Below are positions 44,068 to 49,024 of a DNA stretch of 49,024 nucleotides, one piece after another. Made by a program: the position numbers and the translations under genes. The stretch lies in the UHGV virus genome UHGV-0384005. One strand, written 5' to 3'. This stretch comes from a virus. The stretch's first letter is position 1, and every line of letters begins with the position of its first letter. The notes below the pieces were generated by a model, which saw only the letters and a program-made list of their open reading frames with translations, was not told where the DNA came from and did not search any database.

Positions 44068-44813
44068 TGGATATACCCATGAAAAAAACTATCCTGGCGC
44101 ATGCTGCTGCGTGTGCGCCGGCTGAATCGTGCGGCTGGGTGGTGAACACGACTGCCGGGGAGCGGTATTTTCCCTGCCAGAATCTTTCCGCTGAACCGAC
44201 CCTGTATTTCCGTATGGATCCGGCAGATTACCTCCAGGCGCAGGCGGCGGGGGATGTGGTGGCCCTGGTACACAGCCATCCCGATGGCCTGCCGTTCCTC
44301 AGCGATGTTGATCGCCGCCTGCAGGTACAGAGTGGCCTGCCGTGGTGGCTGGTCTGCGATGACCGGATATACAAATTTCGCTGCATGCCGTTTCTCACCG
44401 GGCGGGCATTTGAGCATGGCGTGACGGACTGTTACACCCTGTTCCGCGATGCGTACCATCTGGCGGGTATTGAGATGCCGGATTTTGCGCGGGGGGAGGA
44501 CTGGTGGAAGCAGGGAGATAATCTCTATCTGGATAATCTGGAGGCGACCGGTTTTTACCGCGTGAATGCCGCAGAGGCACAGCCCGGAGACATTCTGATT
44601 TGTTGTTTTGGTTCATCGGTTGCCAACCATGCCGCGATTTACTGCGGCGACGGCGAACTGTTGCACCATATTCCTGATCAGCTCAGTAAACGCGAGAGGT
44701 ATACCGACAAATGGCAACGCCGCACACACTCAATCTGGCGACACCGGGCATGGCACGAGTCTGCCTTCACGGGGATTTACAACGATTTGGCCGCCGCTTC
44801 AGCCTCAGTATAA
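44067..44813 (+). CDS. K: Tail assembly protein K (MPN/JAMM plus NlpC/P60 domains)
   Basis: HSHPDG JAMM motif and Cys-His peptidase region, as in lambda gpK. Confidence 0.9.
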   Translation: MDIPMKKTILAHAAACAPAESCGWVVNTTAGERYFPCQNLSAEPTLYFRMDPADYLQAQAAGDVVALVHSHPDGLPFLSDVDRRLQVQSGLPWWLVCDDRIYKFRCMPFLTGRAFEHGVTDCYTLFRDAYHLAGIEMPDFARGEDWWKQGDNLYLDNLEATGFYRVNAAEAQPGDILICCFGSSVANHAAIYCGDGELLHHIPDQLSKRERYTDKWQRRTHSIWRHRAWHESAFTGIYNDLAAASASV

Positions 44814-45388
44814 AAACGGGGGCCGAGGCCATTTACGCGCTGGCCATGCAGATACCGGGCTTCCGGCAGAAAATGAATGATGGCTGGTATCAGATACGCA
44901 TCGCCGGTCAGGATGTGGATGAAACCAGCGTGTCAGCCCGTCTGCATGAGTCACTGCCGGACGGGGCCATTATTCATATTGTCCCGCGTATGGCAGGGGC
45001 TGGAAAAGGTGGTCTGTTCCAGGTTGTGCTGGGTGCGGTGGCAATCGGCGCATCCTTTTTAACTGGCGGGGCAACTCTTGCTCTTTGGGGTAGCGCATTA
45101 TCTGCTGGTGCTATTTCGGCATCCTCGGTCCTTTTTTCTATGGGGGTAGCCATGATGCTGGGCGGTGTGGCGCAGATGCTGACACCCCAGGCAAAAATAC
45201 CCTCCTCCCGGCAGACCGACAACGGCAAACAGAACACCTATTTTTCGTCACTGGACAACATGGTGGCGCAGGGTAATGCCCTGCCGGTGTTATACGGTGA
45301 AATGCTGGTCGGTTCCCGCACGATCTCCCAGGAAATCAGCACACGGGATGAAGGTGGCGGGGGACAGGTGGTGATCATCGGTCGCTGA
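44711..45388 (+). CDS. I: Tail assembly protein I
   Basis: Strongly colinear with lambda gpI as I recall it (TLNLATPGMARVCLHGDLQRFGRR...KTGAEAIYALAMQ...NGKQNTYFSSLDNMVAQGNALPVLYGEM.VGSR). Confidence 0.9.
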   Translation: MATPHTLNLATPGMARVCLHGDLQRFGRRFSLSIKTGAEAIYALAMQIPGFRQKMNDGWYQIRIAGQDVDETSVSARLHESLPDGAIIHIVPRMAGAGKGGLFQVVLGAVAIGASFLTGGATLALWGSALSAGAISASSVLFSMGVAMMLGGVAQMLTPQAKIPSSRQTDNGKQNTYFSSLDNMVAQGNALPVLYGEMLVGSRTISQEISTRDEGGGGQVVIIGR

Positions 45389-45417
45389 CTTACTGCAGCA
45401 TATTTGTATTTACATAG

Positions 45418-45437
45418 AACCGCCTCCGGGCGGTTTT
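45418..45437 (+). terminator. Hairpin AACCGCCTCCGGGCGGTTTT (copy 2) between I and J. Short U-tract.
   Basis: Read directly from the sequence. Confidence 0.45.
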
Positions 45438-48400
45438 GTCGTTTCAGAGGGAACAGATTATGGGTAAGGGTGGTGGCAGCAGTAAAACGCCGCATGAGGC
45501 TCCTGACGACCTGAAATCCAGTCAGATGCTGACGGTAGTTGATGCCATCTGCGAGGGACCGATTGAAGGTCCTGTGGACGGGCTAAAGAGTGTCAGAATT
45601 AACAAAACGCCGGTCCTCGACAGCGAAGGTAACGCGATGGTTCACGGTGTCACCGTGGTTTACCGCGTGGGGGAGGATGAGCAGACCGCGATGGAGGGGT
45701 TCGAAGACTCCGGTGCGGAAACCCTGCTGAGTGTGGAGGTGAAGAAGTCAGAGCCAGTGACCCGCACCATTACCACCAAAACGCTGGACCGTCTGCGCTT
45801 TACCTTTGGTGTGCAGTCGCTGGTCAGCACCAGTACCAAAGGTGACCGCAACCCGACCAGCGTACAGATGCTGATCCAGTTTCGCCGGGATGGCCAGTGG
45901 CAGGTGGAGCGGGATATCACCATTACGGGGAAAACGACCACGCAGTTTCTGGCATCTGTGGTGATTGATGATTTACCGCCCCGGCCGTTTGAAGTCCGCA
46001 TGCTTCGCCTCACTGATGACAGCACGACAGACCTGCTGCAGAACAAAACGGTGTGGTCGGGCTATACCGAAATCATCGATGTGAAACAGTGCTACCCGAA
46101 CACCGCCGTTATCGGGGTAAAAGTGGATGCGGAGCAGTTTGGCAGCCAGCAGGTCACGCGAAACTATCACCTGCGCGGGCGTATTGTGCCGGTGCCGTCG
46201 AATTACGATCCGTTAAAACGTACATATACCGGGATATGGGACGGTACTTTCAAACCGGCATATACGAACAATCCGGCCTGGTGTGTGCTGGATATGCTGA
46301 CTCACCCGCGCTATGGCATGGGAAGCCGCATTGGTGTTGCCGATGTGGACAAGTGGGCGCTGTATGCCATTGCACAGTACTGCGATCAGCCTGTTCCTGA
46401 CGGTTTCGGCGGGACGGAGCCGCGTATCACCTGCAATGCGTATCTGACGGACCAGCGCAAAGCGTGGGACGTGCTGGGGGACTTCTGTTCCCTGATGCGC
46501 TGTATGCCGGTCTGGAACGGCAGCACCCTGACGTTTGTGCAGGACCGGCCCGCCGATAAAGTCTGGACCTATACGCAGAGTAATGTGGTGATGCCCGCTG
46601 ATGGTGCGCCGTTCATCTACAGCTTCAGCGCCCTGAAAGAGCGCCACAATGCCGCCGAGGTCCGTTACACCGACCCGAACAACGGCTGGGAAACATCCAC
46701 CGAACTGGTGGAAAACGACGCTGCCATCCGTCGCTACGGTCGCAACGTTCTGAAGATGGATGCGTTCGCCTGTACCAGCCGTGGGCAGGCGCACCGCGCA
46801 GGACTGTGGGCCATCACCACCGAATTGCTGGAAACGCAGACGGTGGATTTTTCCGTAGGGGCTGAGGGGCTGCGACATGTTCCTGGCGATATCATTGAGG
46901 TCTGCGACAGTGATTATGCTGGCGTGACCGTGGGCGGACGCATTCTGTCGGTCGACAGCCTGACGCGCACGCTCACGCTGGACCGTGAGGTGGAGATACC
47001 GGCAGGCGGCAATGTGGTGCTGAACCTGGTGGGCAGCAATGGCCAGCCTGTTACCGTCGCAGTTACCGCACATCCGGCTCCGGACCGCGTGAGCGTCAGC
47101 CAGTTACCCGATGGCGTGGCGGAGTACAGCGTGTGGGGGCTGAAACTGCCGGACCTGCGCCAGCGGCTGTTTCGCTGTGTGGCCATACGGGAAAACGATG
47201 ACGGCACGTATGCTATTACTGCCGTACAGCATGTTTCGGAGAAAGAAGCCATCGTGGATAACGGGGCGACGTTTGATCCGTTACCGGACACCGGTATCAC
47301 GAATACGCCGCCTGCCGTGCAGCACCTGACCACAGATATTCTGGCAGAGGAGGGGCAGTATCAGGCGCGGGCGCGATGGGATACCCCGCGTGTGGTGAAG
47401 GGGGTGAACTTTTCCCTGCGCCTGACGGTGAAAGCGGAAGATAACAGCGACCGTCTGGCCAGCAGCCTGACCCTGACCGAAACGGAGCATACTTTCCGTA
47501 ACCTGACGCCGGGACGTTACACCCTGACGGTACGGGCGGTGAACAGCCAGGGCCAGCAGGGTGACCCTGCCAGCACGGATTTCAGCATCGCCGCGCCCGC
47601 AGTACCGTCTTATGTTGAGCTGACCCCCGGCTATTTCCAGATAACCGCCACCCCGTGCCAGGCAGTATATGACCCCACGGTGCAGTATGAATTCTGGTTT
47701 ACAGATACGCAGATTGCCGATATCCGCCAGGTGGAAACCGATGCGCGTTATCTCGGCACCGCGCTGTACTGGATTGCAGCAAACGCGAATATTAAACCCG
47801 GCAAGGATTATTACTTCTATATCCGGGCCGTGAACCAGGTCGGAAAATCGGCGTTCGTGGAGGCTAAAGGGCAGGCCAGCAACGATGCGGCGGGTTATCT
47901 GGATTTCTTCAAAGGGAAAATCACCGAAAGCCACCTGGGTAAAGAGTTGCTGGAGAAGGTGGAGCTGACGGAAGACAACGCCAGCCGGCTGGATCAGTTT
48001 TCGGAAGAATGGCAGGACGCGAACGGCAAATGGAATGCCATGTGGGGTGTGAAGATAGAGCAGACCAAAGACGGGAAGCACTATGTGGCTGGTCTGGGCC
48101 TGAGCATGGAAGACACGGAAGAAGGGAAGGTAAGCCAGTTCCTGGTGGCCGCTGACCGTATCGCGTTTATCAATCCGGCGAATGGCAATGAAACTCCCGC
48201 CTTCGTGATGCAGGGTGACCAGATATTTATGAACGAGGTATTCCTCAAATATCTGACAGCGCCGAGCATCACCAGCGGCGGAAACCCGCCGACCTTTACG
48301 CTGACGCCTGACGGCAGGCTGACTGCCCGTAATGCGGATATCAGCGGTCATATCAGCGCGAACTCTGGCGCTCTCAACAATGTGACAATTGAGGAAAACT

Positions 48401-48864
48401 GCACCATCAAAGGGACGCTCCGGGCCGAGCGAATTCTTGGGGATATTGTTAAGGCAGCGGGCAGGGAGTTTCCTTACTTCCGTATACCTAACACAGGTGA
48501 AAAACGGTACGCCAACGGGACGCTGACAGTCGTGATTGAAGATGACCAGTCTTTTGACCGACAGGTTTCCATTCCTGGGATTACCTTTCAGGGTGCAGCG
48601 TATGACAGCCAGACCAGTAATGACGTATGGGATGCCTGTACGCTGATTGTCAGGAAAAACGGGGTGGAGATATACAAGCAGACAAGCAGAGGTGTACCGG
48701 CCGTTTTTACGCGAACACTGGATATGCCTGCCGGGAGCGGACGGATGACGCTGAGTTTCAGCGTCAGTACACACGGTAACAGCAGCGGCTATCCATTTTC
48801 CCGAATCAGTGACCTGCTGGTTATTGTGACGAAAAAGTCATCAGCCGGGATAACAATAAGTTAA
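45436..48864 (+). CDS. J: Host specificity / central tail fibre protein J
   Basis: 1142 aa, in the position expected for a lambda gpJ homologue (I recall lambda gpJ as about 1130 aa). Confidence 0.9.
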   Translation: MSFQREQIMGKGGGSSKTPHEAPDDLKSSQMLTVVDAICEGPIEGPVDGLKSVRINKTPVLDSEGNAMVHGVTVVYRVGEDEQTAMEGFEDSGAETLLSVEVKKSEPVTRTITTKTLDRLRFTFGVQSLVSTSTKGDRNPTSVQMLIQFRRDGQWQVERDITITGKTTTQFLASVVIDDLPPRPFEVRMLRLTDDSTTDLLQNKTVWSGYTEIIDVKQCYPNTAVIGVKVDAEQFGSQQVTRNYHLRGRIVPVPSNYDPLKRTYTGIWDGTFKPAYTNNPAWCVLDMLTHPRYGMGSRIGVADVDKWALYAIAQYCDQPVPDGFGGTEPRITCNAYLTDQRKAWDVLGDFCSLMRCMPVWNGSTLTFVQDRPADKVWTYTQSNVVMPADGAPFIYSFSALKERHNAAEVRYTDPNNGWETSTELVENDAAIRRYGRNVLKMDAFACTSRGQAHRAGLWAITTELLETQTVDFSVGAEGLRHVPGDIIEVCDSDYAGVTVGGRILSVDSLTRTLTLDREVEIPAGGNVVLNLVGSNGQPVTVAVTAHPAPDRVSVSQLPDGVAEYSVWGLKLPDLRQRLFRCVAIRENDDGTYAITAVQHVSEKEAIVDNGATFDPLPDTGITNTPPAVQHLTTDILAEEGQYQARARWDTPRVVKGVNFSLRLTVKAEDNSDRLASSLTLTETEHTFRNLTPGRYTLTVRAVNSQGQQGDPASTDFSIAAPAVPSYVELTPGYFQITATPCQAVYDPTVQYEFWFTDTQIADIRQVETDARYLGTALYWIAANANIKPGKDYYFYIRAVNQVGKSAFVEAKGQASNDAAGYLDFFKGKITESHLGKELLEKVELTEDNASRLDQFSEEWQDANGKWNAMWGVKIEQTKDGKHYVAGLGLSMEDTEEGKVSQFLVAADRIAFINPANGNETPAFVMQGDQIFMNEVFLKYLTAPSITSGGNPPTFTLTPDGRLTARNADISGHISANSGALNNVTIEENCTIKGTLRAERILGDIVKAAGREFPYFRIPNTGEKRYANGTLTVVIEDDQSFDRQVSIPGITFQGAAYDSQTSNDVWDACTLIVRKNGVEIYKQTSRGVPAVFTRTLDMPAGSGRMTLSFSVSTHGNSSGYPFSRISDLLVIVTKKSSAGITIS

Positions 48865-48870
48865 TGACAG

Positions 48871-48893
48871 AACCGCCTCCGGGCGGTTTTTTT
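48871..48893 (+). terminator. Hairpin AACCGCCTCCGGGCGGTTTTTTT (copy 3) after J
   Basis: Read directly from the sequence. Confidence 0.55.
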
Positions 48894-48904
48894 ATGGAGG
48901 TACT

Positions 48905-49024
48905 ATGCCGGTACTCATATCAGGCATTCTCAGAGATGGTGCGGGAAAACCCGTACAGGACTGCACCATTCAACTGAGTGCTAAGCAAACCATCCCGACC
49001 GTTGTTGTGGAGGTGACTTCATCC
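48905..49024 (+). CDS. stf: N-terminal 40 codons of the side tail fibre gene (MPVLISGILRDGAGKPVQDCTIQLSAKQTIPTVVVEVTSS), running off the window end
   Basis: Matches the lambda Stf N-terminus as I recall it (MAVKISGVLKDGTGKPVQNCTIQLKA...TVVV). In frame with position 1 if the record is circular. Confidence 0.8.
   Translation, partial: MPVLISGILRDGAGKPVQDCTIQLSAKQTIPTVVVEVTSS

Noticed and set aside
43545-48774. Long minus-strand ORFs inside tail genes L, K, I and J (43545..43892, 43920..44459, 46213..47073, 46914..47333, 47281..48774)
   Set aside because: They fully overlap well-supported lambda-like tail genes on the other strand. Their R/H/P-rich composition is characteristic of antisense GC-rich coding DNA.

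Overview
The window reads as an essentially complete genome of an N15/phiKO2-family linear plasmid-prophage (a phage-plasmid with hairpin telomeres), about 49 kb.

Evidence for that assignment:
- A 639-aa protelomerase (TelN/TelK-like) at 6583..8502.
- Directly upstream, an uncut 56-bp telRL-type palindrome centred on TACGCGCGTA, flanked by inverted arrays of TCATAACACAAT repeats.
- A type-Ia sopAB partition operon with a CTTTGC-repeat operator.
- A 1334-aa RepA primase-helicase, then cB (CI/LexA-family repressor), its operators, cro, and a Q-like gene.
- An antirepressor (Bro-N) operon headed by a c4/CA-like antisense RNA candidate.

Other coding content:
- A same-strand early operon of small ORFs, including a DnaQ-like exonuclease and a DUF550 (MazG-like) pyrophosphatase.
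- A hicAB toxin-antitoxin pair.
- A beta-class adenine MTase, a lysis cassette, a DUF4406 gene and a C5 cytosine MTase that appears frameshifted.
- An HNH nuclease and an HK97-type packaging/head module: P27-family TerS, TerL, portal, S49 protease, major capsid.
- A lambda-like tail module: major tail, G/GT with an A_AAA_AAC slippery site, H, M, L, K, I, J, Stf, Tfa.
- The 3' truncated ORF at the window end (48905..49024) joins in-frame with the 5' truncated ORF at position 1 to give one lambda Stf-like side tail fibre. This suggests a circular or circularly permuted record.

Features beyond the gene track that deserve attention:
- Five dispersed copies of an F-sopC-like SopB-box palindrome, GTGCGACC-ac-GGTCGCAC. 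Several sit at late-operon control points.
- A second palindrome family, GTGAC-NN-GTCAC, in three copies.
- Two LexA boxes: a strong one in front of a 76-aa gene, and a weaker one in front of the antirepressor sRNA/operon.
- Two AT-rich acetyltransferase morons.
- An un-tracked 59-aa membrane ORF between terL and portal, and a membrane-protein moron between portal and protease.
- A CCHC zinc-knuckle gene.
- Four near-identical terminator hairpins.

Nearly all + strand ORFs inside repA, and the - strand ORFs inside stf, telN and the tail genes, are judged shadow ORFs.

Coordinates of hand-found motifs are counted by eye and may be off by 1-2 nt.
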